Below, one piece after another: positions 10,175 to 20,336 of a stretch of 64,000 bases of DNA (positions within the stretch are counted from its first letter, which is position 1; every line of letters starts with the position of its first letter). A program made the translations under genes and the position numbers. The notes under the pieces were generated by a model. That model was not told the DNA's origin and searched no databases. It saw only the letters and a list, made by a program, of their open reading frames with translations. The stretch is from contig NZ_JAQNDL010000001.1 of NCBI RefSeq assembly GCF_028368995.1, positions 768,001 to 832,000 of the forward strand, given 5' to 3'. Source of the DNA: Nannocystis bainbridge. Its GTDB lineage: Bacteria; Myxococcota_A; Polyangia; Nannocystales; Nannocystaceae.

Positions 10175-13100
10175 TCAGCGCGGCTGGAGGTACTCCCAGT
10201 GGTTGCCGTGGACGTGCAATAGATAGCCGACGCCCTGCAGCGCGGCGCCCGGCGGCGGGTCGAACTCGGTGTAATGATCGGGGCCGGGGTGGGTCGGCGC
10301 ATAGACCCGAACCCGCAGGCGATAATACCAGCAGAACGCGTGGATCTCGGGGTCGCCGCCCCACCGGCCGATCTGCCCCGGGTGGGCGCAGGTCTGCGCC
10401 ATCTCGGCCAGGTAGGGCGCGTCGATCGCATATTGCCCGCGCAGGGCCGCGTGCGTCGGCTGGCCCATCGCGTGCACCACCTGGTCGCGGACCGCCCGGT
10501 GGTCGAGGCCGCGGCCGAGCGTCAGCCGCAGGATCCCGGCGAGGGCGTGGAACAGACAATTGCCATCACCCGGGGTCGCGTGCACGAAGTACGGCCCGGC
10601 CAGGCGATCGCGCAATTGCTGGCGCGGCCTGTCCCAGGTCGACCGCTCCTTGTCGATGATCGCCTGCTTGTTGTCGGGATCGCGGGTATGGGTGTAGCGC
10701 CGATCCTTGCGCAGGACCATCGGGTCCTGGCCCTCCAGGCCGCGCTCGCCGGGCAATCGCACGCCGTTGACGACGGTCGAGCTGAGGGTGCGATCGAGCT
10801 CGCCGAGCGAATTGCGGTACACCAGCAAGCGTCCGCGCGACAGGGCGATCCGGCGGGCGATCTCGACGATACGGACCTCCTGATAATTGACGAGCCACGC
10901 GCACAGCCGCTGCAGGAACCAGTCGACCTCGGTCTCGAGCCCGCCGTCCTCGTCGCGCTCGACCTCCTCGTCGGGCGCCGGCTCGCTCTTCTTGCCCGGG
11001 TCCGGCTCGCCCTTCTTACCCTTCTTCGGCGCGTCTTTCTTGCCCTTGTCCTTCTTCGCCTTCTCGGCCTCGGCCTGCTTCGCGTCGGCCGCTTGCGCCT
11101 TGCGCAGCATCGCGTGCAGCTCGGCGAACTCCTCGCGATCGATGCCGTACTTGTAGAGGTGGGCGTCCGAGAAGCCCTCCTCCGGGGTCGCGCCGGCGAA
11201 CGATGGGATCTTCGCCACGTGCTCGATCACCGTCCGGCCGCCCGGGATGTAGGCCGGGAAGGTCGCCTCGCGCTCGTCGGCGATGCTGTCCCCGACGATG
11301 ATCCGCGCGTGGAGGTTCATCGACGGCACGTGGTTGGGCGCGTCCTCGAGGTAATCCTCGAGGGTGTGGAGGCTGGCGTAGACCTTGCCGACGTACGGCC
11401 GCTTGGCCCGGCCGAGCGCGCTCCAGCCCGGCTTGAGCCGCTCGTGGTAATGGCCGGAGTAGAACTTCATGCCATAGGCGTACTTCAGCGCGTGGCGCGG
11501 ATTGTCGCCGGTCGAGACCAGCGGGCAATAGCCGTTGAGCAGGCCGTCGAAAAGGACCCAGTCGTCCGGCGGGACGAAGCCGTACTTGGCCTTGAGATGA
11601 GCCTGGATGAACTCGTCCTCGAGCTGGAGCAGGACCTCCTCGTTGCGCTCCCCCGTGCGCGCCAGATACTGCATCCATCCGGCATAGTCGGCGGAATAGC
11701 CGGAGTAATCGGCGTGGAGCTTGAGGTATTCCGCGTACTCGAACTTGGGCTTGCCGCGGGCGTAATTGTCGTATTGATAGAGGCCGAACTCGGCGCTGAG
11801 CGGCGTCTTCTGCCGGTCCGCCTTCTTGAAAGTCGGCTCGTCGGCGACGAACCCGTGCGCCTTCAGATAGGCGCCGTAGCCGATAAAGTCGGGGCCGAGC
11901 CCGGTGAGCGCGCGGACATGGGCGACGAAGACCTCCTGCGTGGCGGGCATGACCGTGCGCCGGGCCGCCTCGGGGCTCCGCCGCGCCTCCTCGCGCACCT
12001 TCGCGAGGCCGCTGGCCTGGTCCTCCTGCCACGCCTCGCGGTTGGCCAGGTAGCGGGCGACGGAGCTGTGGAAATAATCGTACTGATTTGTATAAATGTG
12101 CTGAATGGCGTCGGCGTGGCTGTCGAAGCGGACCCCGCCGACCCGTACCTCGCCGGTGTTTCGCTTGTCGAGCAGCACCTGCTTGAGCTCGAGGGCGATC
12201 CGCTCGAGCGCCTCGAGCTCCTTCGCCGAGCAATTGCCGCGGAAGTATTCGGTGGGCGAGACGCCGGCCTGGTGGAGCACCGACATGCTGTAGATCGCCC
12301 GCCCGACCTCGTTCTCGTGGCGGCTGATCTGCCGCGCCCGCGCGTCGAAGGTGCTGGTCTTGAACGTGATGCCGCGGTACTGCGCGAGGCAGAACTTGGT
12401 GGCGAGCCCGCGCAGCGCCTCGCGGTCGCCGGCCTTGAACGCGGCCTTGGCGACCTGGAAATCGGCCTCGGCCTGACGAGTCCACTCGTCCGGGCGATGG
12501 TGGATGCCGGCCATCGCGATCTGCTCGTGCTCCTTGGCGCGAGCCCCGTCGCGCACCCCGTGCACCCGCGCGATCAGCAGGTCCGGGTCCGGCTCGATCT
12601 CCGGGCCCTGGTAGCGAAAGGTGATCTTGCGCTGGTCCCGGAGCGCGCGCACGGTCTCGGCCTTCTTGTTGCGCGCGTCGAGCACGCCGCGCTGCTTGGC
12701 GCGCCGCGACAGCCACTTCTTCTTCTTGCTCCGCTCGGACGGCCGGTCGCTCTCGGGGAACCCGAACTGCTCGATGGTGAGCGCGCGCGGGTCGTCGAAG
12801 ACCTCGAGCAGGTCCTCCTCGAACTCGTCGTCGGAGTCGTCGGATTCGTAGCCGCCGGTGTCGGGCGGCGGCTCGTCCTCGTCGTCCACCAACCATTCGA
12901 TCCACTCGCGCGCGCCCGCGTCGTCGTCGTCGTCGCCCGGGTTGGCGTCCTCGCCGCGAGCCACGCGCGCGTAGACCTCGGGGTCATAGGCGACGAACAT
13001 CGGGTGACAGGCGGCCAGCAGCTTGTGGGCCCGCTGGCACTCCACCGACTCCCACTGACCCTCCTGGATCAGCGCGTCGATCAGCGTGATCGAGGGCCAC

Positions 13101-13273
13101 ACCATGGCGCGAAACGCCTTCATCGCCCCGGCATAGACCGCGTACTCGGGCGTGCCGGCGTCTTGATCCTTCCACGAGTCGATCGCCAGCAGATACGCCC
13201 CGAGCTCTCCCAGCTCGCCCCGCGCGCGCAGCCACTCGATACGGTGCAGACAGGCCTTGGCTTCGATGCACAC
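10175..13273 (-). CDS. Large multidomain putative toxin/effector: ADP-ribosyltransferase-like motifs plus C-terminal OTU cysteine protease domain
   Basis: OTU signature PGDGNCLFHAL...WGGDPEIHAF...HGNHWEYL. Central region has YRG, VSTG and EREATFP. GAGG RBS lies before the GTG start. Confidence 0.8.
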   Translation of the reverse strand: MCIEAKACLHRIEWLRARGELGELGAYLLAIDSWKDQDAGTPEYAVYAGAMKAFRAMVWPSITLIDALIQEGQWESVECQRAHKLLAACHPMFVAYDPEVYARVARGEDANPGDDDDDAGAREWIEWLVDDEDEPPPDTGGYESDDSDDEFEEDLLEVFDDPRALTIEQFGFPESDRPSERSKKKKWLSRRAKQRGVLDARNKKAETVRALRDQRKITFRYQGPEIEPDPDLLIARVHGVRDGARAKEHEQIAMAGIHHRPDEWTRQAEADFQVAKAAFKAGDREALRGLATKFCLAQYRGITFKTSTFDARARQISRHENEVGRAIYSMSVLHQAGVSPTEYFRGNCSAKELEALERIALELKQVLLDKRNTGEVRVGGVRFDSHADAIQHIYTNQYDYFHSSVARYLANREAWQEDQASGLAKVREEARRSPEAARRTVMPATQEVFVAHVRALTGLGPDFIGYGAYLKAHGFVADEPTFKKADRQKTPLSAEFGLYQYDNYARGKPKFEYAEYLKLHADYSGYSADYAGWMQYLARTGERNEEVLLQLEDEFIQAHLKAKYGFVPPDDWVLFDGLLNGYCPLVSTGDNPRHALKYAYGMKFYSGHYHERLKPGWSALGRAKRPYVGKVYASLHTLEDYLEDAPNHVPSMNLHARIIVGDSIADEREATFPAYIPGGRTVIEHVAKIPSFAGATPEEGFSDAHLYKYGIDREEFAELHAMLRKAQAADAKQAEAEKAKKDKGKKDAPKKGKKGEPDPGKKSEPAPDEEVERDEDGGLETEVDWFLQRLCAWLVNYQEVRIVEIARRIALSRGRLLVYRNSLGELDRTLSSTVVNGVRLPGERGLEGQDPMVLRKDRRYTHTRDPDNKQAIIDKERSTWDRPRQQLRDRLAGPYFVHATPGDGNCLFHALAGILRLTLGRGLDHRAVRDQVVHAMGQPTHAALRGQYAIDAPYLAEMAQTCAHPGQIGRWGGDPEIHAFCWYYRLRVRVYAPTHPGPDHYTEFDPPPGAALQGVGYLLHVHGNHWEYLQPR

Positions 13274-13283
13274 GATTCGGACC

Positions 13284-13946
13284 TCAGTAGCCGTGAGCGA
13301 CCGTCAAGGCGCGCCGGGTGGCCGCGTCGAGCTCGCCGGTCGGTTCGAGCCCGTGATCGCGCTGGAACCCACGCACCGCGGCGCGCAGGGCCCGTCGGGC
13401 CTGCGGCGTCGCCTCGTCCTCGGGCGCGTCCGCGGGCAAGTAGTCGAGGTTGCGCAGCCGGGCCCGCGCGCCCTCGGGCGTGTCGACGGGCCGGAGGGCG
13501 CCGAGTCGCAGCTCGATGCGCCGCTCGTGCGCGCCCTCCGGATCGATGATCACCGTGGCCGAGCCAGCGTCGCACGGGATGAAGGCGGCGACCGCCCCCT
13601 CGGCGTCGACCTCGCCGCGGATCTGCGGCAGGCCCGGCATCTCGACGCGAAACGGCAGGCCGACGAAGCTGTGGCGAGCGCCGTCCTCGTCGAGGCGCAC
13701 CCGCACGATCGAGGGCACGGCGCGGCGACGGAACACGGTGCAGGTGTCGGTCGGCGCCGAGGCCTCCTTGTCGCGGCGCGCGGGGATCTCCAGCACTTCG
13801 CCGGGCGCGAGCACCGACCCGTGGCTGCGCGCCGCCGCCAGCGCGGCGTTGGCCGGGTGCCGCCACAGCGTGTCCGGGAAGAACCCATACAGCGCCGCGA
13901 TGCTCTGCAGGCACTCTCCGGCTCGAACGACATGAGACTTGGCCAT
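13284..13946 (-). CDS. LysM plus peptidoglycan-binding domain protein
   Basis: N-terminal LysM-like HVVRAGECLQSIAALYG...LAPGEVLEIP; C-terminal PG_binding_1 pattern AVRGFQRDHGLEPTGELDAATRRAL. Confidence 0.88.
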   Translation of the reverse strand: MAKSHVVRAGECLQSIAALYGFFPDTLWRHPANAALAAARSHGSVLAPGEVLEIPARRDKEASAPTDTCTVFRRRAVPSIVRVRLDEDGARHSFVGLPFRVEMPGLPQIRGEVDAEGAVAAFIPCDAGSATVIIDPEGAHERRIELRLGALRPVDTPEGARARLRNLDYLPADAPEDEATPQARRALRAAVRGFQRDHGLEPTGELDAATRRALTVAHGY

Positions 13947-14080
13947 GCGGCTCCGCGCGCGGACGGCCGCAGGACCCTGTCGGCCGCCCGTCGCTGGCGC
14001 GAGCCTACCCCGCCGCGTCGCGGCCCCGCATCCGCGTTCTCCCCGAGCGCGATCCCGAGAGCGCGCGCTGCTTCGCCCGG

Positions 14081-14330
14081 CCGACCTCGCGCGCTCGGCC
14101 TTGAACTGCGTCCCCTCCGCGCTGGGCGATGGGCCGCGTCGAGGCGAGGTCCGCCGGACCCGACCTCGCGCTCGACCTTAACTTCGTCCCCTTCGCGCTG
14201 AAGATGGGCCGAGTCGGCTCGCCGAGCCCAGCCTCGCGCGCTCGGCCTTTCGCGACTTCCCTTCGCGCTGGCGATGGACCGAGTCGAGGCGTCGGCTCGC
14301 CGAGCCCGACCTCGCGCGCTCGGCCTTTCG
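14081..14330. repeat. Degenerate tandem repeat, about 70-80 bp unit, 4 copies
   Basis: Core CCGACCTCGCGCGCTCGGCCTT (with variants) near 14081, 14160, 14228 and 14306; the intervening CCCTTCGCGCTG...GATGGRCCG is also repeated. Confidence 0.75.
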
Positions 14331-14547
14331 TTACTTCGACGATCGCTGGCGGCTCGGCCTCGCCCACGTGCGCGTCGGCGTGCGCCCGTGGTGGGTCGAG
14401 GCCGGTCGCCCTGCTTGGAGCCCACGTCGCCGACTTCGATAACGGCCACGAACGACGTGCGTGGCCGTCGCGCAGCGGCCCGGCGCATTACCGACGAGGC
14501 ACGCGGCTGCTTCCTCGCGCCTCGTCGTTCGGCGCATACTCGCGGCG

Positions 14548-15555
14548 ATGCTCCGCCGCGCCGTCCTCGGCCTCGCCTCGCTGCTCGCCTGCGACTCTGC
14601 CGGCGTCGCCCCTCCGGCCGCCCCGCAGCCGGGCGCCGCCGCGACTGCCCCGAAGGACATGCCGAAACAGCCAGGTCCTCAAGGACATGCTCCCGGGGAC
14701 ATGCCCCCCGAGACAGCCTCACCCGCCGCCGCCGCCGCGCCGGTCCCTCCGCTGCCCCCGCTGGCGCGCTACGACTGGCTGACCGAGGCCGGCGGCGAGC
14801 CGCCCGCGCGCGAGCAGCTGGCCGCCGCGATCGCTCCGCCGGCCGGCGCGCGGCGGGTCGCGCTGGCGGACGGCAGCTTCGGCGCCTGGCTGCGCGGCCT
14901 GCCGCTGCTGCCGCAGGGCGCCCCGGTGCTGCTCTACAGCGGCGCCACCAAGCCCAACCAGGCCGCGCACTTCCGGGTCGTCGACCTCGACGTCGGCGAC
15001 CGCGATCTCCAGCAGTGCGCCGACGCCGTCATGCGCCTGCGCGTCGAGTACCAGTGGGCCGCCGACCAGCGGCGCGCGATCGCCTTCAAGCTGACCGACG
15101 GCACCGCCTGGACCTTCGCCGCCTACCTCGGCGGGACCCGCCTCAAGCTGGTCGGCAAGAAGGCCGAGCTCCAGCCCGGCAGCCCGCGCCCGGCCACCCG
15201 CGAGACCCTGCGCGGCTACCTGCGCACGCTCTTCACCTACGCCGGCACCGCCTCGATCGCCGCCGAGCTGCCGCGCCGCGAGCTCGCCGGGCTCACCGCC
15301 GGCGACGTGCTGGTCCAGGGCGGCTTCCCGGGGCACGCCGTCCTCGTGCTCGACCTCGCCGAGGACGATCAGGGCCGCCGCTACTTCCTGCTCGGCCAGA
15401 GCTACATGCCGGCCCAGCAGTTCCACGTGCTCAACAACCCGAGCGAGCCCGACCTCTCGCCGTGGTACCGCGCCGACGCGCTGACGACCGGCGCGATGAC
15501 CCCCGAGTGGGGCCCGTTCACGGACCGCGACCTGCGCCGCTTCCGCGACGGCTGA
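14548..15555 (+). CDS. DUF4846 family lipoprotein
   Basis: Lipobox LLAC; motifs DLQQCADAVMRLRVEY, YAGTASI, GGFPGHAVLVLD, LLGQSYMPAQQFHVL. Confidence 0.85.
   Translation: MLRRAVLGLASLLACDSAGVAPPAAPQPGAAATAPKDMPKQPGPQGHAPGDMPPETASPAAAAAPVPPLPPLARYDWLTEAGGEPPAREQLAAAIAPPAGARRVALADGSFGAWLRGLPLLPQGAPVLLYSGATKPNQAAHFRVVDLDVGDRDLQQCADAVMRLRVEYQWAADQRRAIAFKLTDGTAWTFAAYLGGTRLKLVGKKAELQPGSPRPATRETLRGYLRTLFTYAGTASIAAELPRRELAGLTAGDVLVQGGFPGHAVLVLDLAEDDQGRRYFLLGQSYMPAQQFHVLNNPSEPDLSPWYRADALTTGAMTPEWGPFTDRDLRRFRDG
14655..14720. repeat. 14-bp-period array inside the DUF4846 CDS linker
   Basis: Cores at 14658, 14672, 14686, 14700, 14714. Confidence 0.85.
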
Positions 15556-15557
15556 GC

Positions 15558-15651
15558 GCGCCTGTCCTCACGGACATGCCGCAACGGACATGCCGCAACG
15601 GACATGCCGTCTGGGACATGCTCTCACGGACATGTCGCAAGCGACATGTCC
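15558..15651. repeat. 14-bp-period TGTCC-N4-GGACA array (7 units)
   Basis: Cores at 15561, 15575, 15589, 15603, 15617, 15631, 15645, between convergent genes. Confidence 0.95.
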
Positions 15652-15666
15652 TGCACCCGTCGCGCC

Positions 15667-16041
15667 TCAGCTCGGGTCTTCGAGCAGCTCGGCGCGGACC
15701 ACCACCGGGCCGTTGCGGTCCTTCTTGACCGTCGCCGTGACCTGGACCGGGAAGCGCCCGGGCTTGCGGATCTCGATGCGGTGGATCCCCGGCGCCAGCA
15801 GCAGCGGCCCGGTCTCGGGCTCCTGCAGTACGCGGATCTGGCCGACGTAGTTGCCGTCGACGAACACCTCGGCGTCGAGGTCGGCGGGCGCCGCCTCGAT
15901 CACCAGCGGCGCCGACTGCTCCGCCCCGCTGAGCTCGCCGCGCTTGCAGCCCCCGGAAAGCGCCAGCGCCAGCGCCAGCGCGCCGATCGGCGCCATCCAC
16001 CCCGAGCTTCTCTTCTTATTGCAGCCGCGCGTGTACGACAT
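15667..16041 (-). CDS. PEGA domain lipoprotein
   Basis: Lipobox LSGGC; AEVFVDGNYVG...LAPGIHRIEIRKPG. Start may be 15996. Confidence 0.8.
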   Translation of the reverse strand: MSYTRGCNKKRSSGWMAPIGALALALALSGGCKRGELSGAEQSAPLVIEAAPADLDAEVFVDGNYVGQIRVLQEPETGPLLLAPGIHRIEIRKPGRFPVQVTATVKKDRNGPVVVRAELLEDPS

Positions 16042-17032
16042 CGGGCCCCTCCACCTCCAACGCCACGAGCGTCGCCCCGGGCACCTGCACCGCGGCGAGT
16101 CGCTCCTGGAGATCGGCCGCGCTGAGCGGGCCGTCGATCTTCAAGATCACCGAGCCGTCCCCGCCGACCCCGGCCACCTTGACCGCCTGGGCGCCGATCA
16201 CCGACTCCGCGATCGCGCGCTCGACCCGCCGCACGCGTGCGGCCGGCCACGGGGTGGTGAGGCGCAGGCGCAGGCCGCTGGCGGTCTGCACGGACATGCT
16301 CGAAGAGACCTGATTCGTGGCGCTCTCGAGGGCCGCCGCCGCCGCCGCCGCCGCGTCGGGCGCGAAGCCGGTGGCGGTCGCCGAGGCGGCGCCGTCGCGA
16401 CCCTCGCCGCGCAGGACCACGGCCGCCTCGGCCACGACCCCGCGGGGATACGCGACCGCGCCGAGCTCGCGACAGCGGAGCTCGAGCGTGCGGGCCGAGC
16501 CGGCGGAGATCGTGCCGCCACGGCCGTCGCGGAGCAGACCGGCCTTGATCCACCGCTGGGCGACGGCTTCGGCGGCGCCCTCGGCACAGCCCTCGCCGCG
16601 CACGGCCACCAGCGCCGGGGCCTCCTTCGTCACGGGCGCGGCCGGCAGGGCCAGCGCCTTGGACAGCCGCCCGGTGTCGATCTCGACCGACACCACGGCG
16701 GTCGCGGTCGCCCCGTCGTCGCCCTGCTGCAACACCCGATAGGCCCGCGTCCACACCGCGGCGGCGTCCATGATCTTCTTGCGCTGGACCGCGTCGGCCG
16801 GGCCGACCTGCTCGAGCGCCGCCTCGAGCGCCGCCCGCCGCGCCCGCTCGAGCGCCTGGCCGCGAGCCTTGAGGCTGTCGACCTTCTCGCTGATGGGCGC
16901 GTGTCCGGTGCCCGCGAAGGGGGCGGCCCAGGCCGGCAAACCGCCCAGGACGGCCGCCAAGACGATCGCGGCAGCGAGGCCCCGGCCGACACGGCCGCGA
17001 CCGAAGGTCTCGCCTCGCGGATGTCTCGGCAT
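16016..17032 (-). CDS. Hypothetical secreted protein
   Basis: Signal peptide (LAAAIVLAAVLGGLPAWA), coding-like composition, co-oriented with the PEGA gene. Confidence 0.65.
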   Translation of the reverse strand: MPRHPRGETFGRGRVGRGLAAAIVLAAVLGGLPAWAAPFAGTGHAPISEKVDSLKARGQALERARRAALEAALEQVGPADAVQRKKIMDAAAVWTRAYRVLQQGDDGATATAVVSVEIDTGRLSKALALPAAPVTKEAPALVAVRGEGCAEGAAEAVAQRWIKAGLLRDGRGGTISAGSARTLELRCRELGAVAYPRGVVAEAAVVLRGEGRDGAASATATGFAPDAAAAAAAALESATNQVSSSMSVQTASGLRLRLTTPWPAARVRRVERAIAESVIGAQAVKVAGVGGDGSVILKIDGPLSAADLQERLAAVQVPGATLVALEVEGPDVVHARLQ

Positions 17033-17154
17033 GCCCCCCAGAGCCTGACAGAGTGCCGCGGCGCGGCGCAAGTATGTCGCAAATTTCAACTGCGCCCGCC
17101 GATGCGCGGTGGCAAACTCGTCGCCGCCGCGATACACCCGCGCGGCAGAGCACC

Positions 17155-18000
17155 ATGCGGAACCCGTTTCCCGGTCATCGTCGCTACAGCATCACCCACC
17201 GCGCCGTGCAGCGCCTGCGCGAGCTCGTCCCCACGCTCGGGGAAGACGACGACGAGGCGCTGCGCGACCGCCTCGACCACGCGATCACCAACGCCGAGGA
17301 CTCGGGCAAGGCCGTACGCACGCTCGATGTCATGCTGGCCGAGCCGCAGATCCTGATCCCGCTCGAGAGCTTCGGCGACGTGCTCTACGCCATCATCAAG
17401 GAGGACACCGTCGTGACCGTGCTGCCGCGCGGCCACGGCGAGGAGATCCTCCAGCGCGGTCAGGCGCTGGAGCAGCGGGTCGCCGCCGGCGAACCGCCCC
17501 CGCGGCCCGGCGAGCGCGACGAGTGGGAGCGCCGGCGTTGGCGGCGCGACGCGCCCACGCCGGTGATCGAGCGCGTGCGGGCCTCCGGGCCCGGCGAGCG
17601 CGACGAGGCTGCCCCCGCGGCCGCGCTGATCGAGGAGGTCGTCGCCGCGAGCCCCGCGCCCGAGGTCGTCGAGCCGGTGCCCGCGAGCGAGCCCGAGATC
17701 ATCACCCGGCGCGCGCCCGACGCGGCCGCCCGCCGCGTCGGTGGTCAGCGGATCATCGCCGGCGCCGCCGCCCAGCCCCCCGAGCGCAAGCGGCCGACCA
17801 ACCCGATCGCCGACGCCCTGGCCCGCGGTCTCGCGCTCGGCAAGCGGCGCGCGGCCACCCGCGCTCTCGGCGAGGCCCTGCGCGAGCAGCCGGCCGACGC
17901 CTCGCTACAGCCGCTGTGGAACCTGCTCGGCGAGAAGGGTTTGCCCGAGGCGCTGACCGTCGGCGACCTCGTGGCCGCCGTCCGCGGATTGCCCGGCTGA
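17155..18000 (+). CDS. Hypothetical protein
   Basis: Globular N-terminal domain (SITHRAVQRL...IIKEDTVVTVL), Pro/Glu-rich linker, strong GC3 bias. Confidence 0.75.
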   Translation: MRNPFPGHRRYSITHRAVQRLRELVPTLGEDDDEALRDRLDHAITNAEDSGKAVRTLDVMLAEPQILIPLESFGDVLYAIIKEDTVVTVLPRGHGEEILQRGQALEQRVAAGEPPPRPGERDEWERRRWRRDAPTPVIERVRASGPGERDEAAPAAALIEEVVAASPAPEVVEPVPASEPEIITRRAPDAAARRVGGQRIIAGAAAQPPERKRPTNPIADALARGLALGKRRAATRALGEALREQPADASLQPLWNLLGEKGLPEALTVGDLVAAVRGLPG

Positions 18001-18223
18001 GCACCCGTTTGCACGCCCCGCGGCTCGCCTCTCGGGGCGACCACCTCCCGGCCCGGTCCGCCTCACGGCGCGCCGGGCCGACGTTCATCGCCCGAACTGG
18101 GGGTCGCCCGGGGTCTCCCCTGCGGCGCGAACGCGCGCGCGCGGCGAGACGACGATCGCGGGATGGGGGCCACCACCGCCCCGGTTCCACGCGCCTGGGG
18201 TATGCTGACACGACCCGTCATTC

Positions 18224-20080
<1,857 letters not shown>

Positions 20081-20082
20081 CC

Positions 20083-20176
20083 GCGCCTGGCCTCTGGGAC
20101 ATGTCCAGGAAGGCATGTCCAGAGGGACATGGCGCGACGGACATGCCCAGGACAGCATGTCCCCGAGGACATCCAC
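20083..20176. repeat. 14-bp-period TGTCC-N4-GGACA array (7 units)
   Basis: Cores at 20086, 20100, 20114, 20128, 20142, 20156, 20170, directly after the kinase stop codon. Confidence 0.93.
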
Positions 20177-20336
20177 GAAGATCGCCCGCGGGGGCTCCGA
20201 ACGTCCGCGCTCGGTCCCCGCCCGCCGCGACGAGCGCTGCGACACCCGCCCCGAGCTCATCACCCGCACGCCACGACGCGGTGCTGTCGATCCGGCGTCA
20301 CGCGTACGCCTGCGAGCACGGCCCCTCGCGCCCCGC

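Noticed and set aside
10274-13549. Long antisense and alternative-frame ORFs (e.g. 480-2924, 10274-13549, 28375-31329, 45541-48813)
   Set aside because: Shadow ORFs caused by high GC3 on real genes; Arg/Ala/Pro-rich with no recognisable motifs.
14081-14330. 70-80 bp repeat as a mini CRISPR array
   Set aside because: The intervening sequences resemble each other instead of being unique spacers, the repeats are degenerate and no cas genes are nearby.
9010-14650. Absence of the 14-bp motif across the toxin locus as proof of recent acquisition
   Set aside because: Gaps of about 4 kb also occur in ordinary regions (e.g. 28.6-32.6 kb), so the gap is not significant without statistics.
15558-15651. 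14-bp arrays as CRISPR arrays
   Set aside because: The unit is only 14 bp with a 4-bp variable part, there are no 25-45 bp unique spacers, and no cas genes are in the window.
20083-20176. GGACATGTCC matches the eukaryotic p53 half-site RRRCWWGYYY
   Set aside because: Most likely coincidence: no p53-like gene is present, and isolated copies show the real unit is TGTCC-N4-GGACA.
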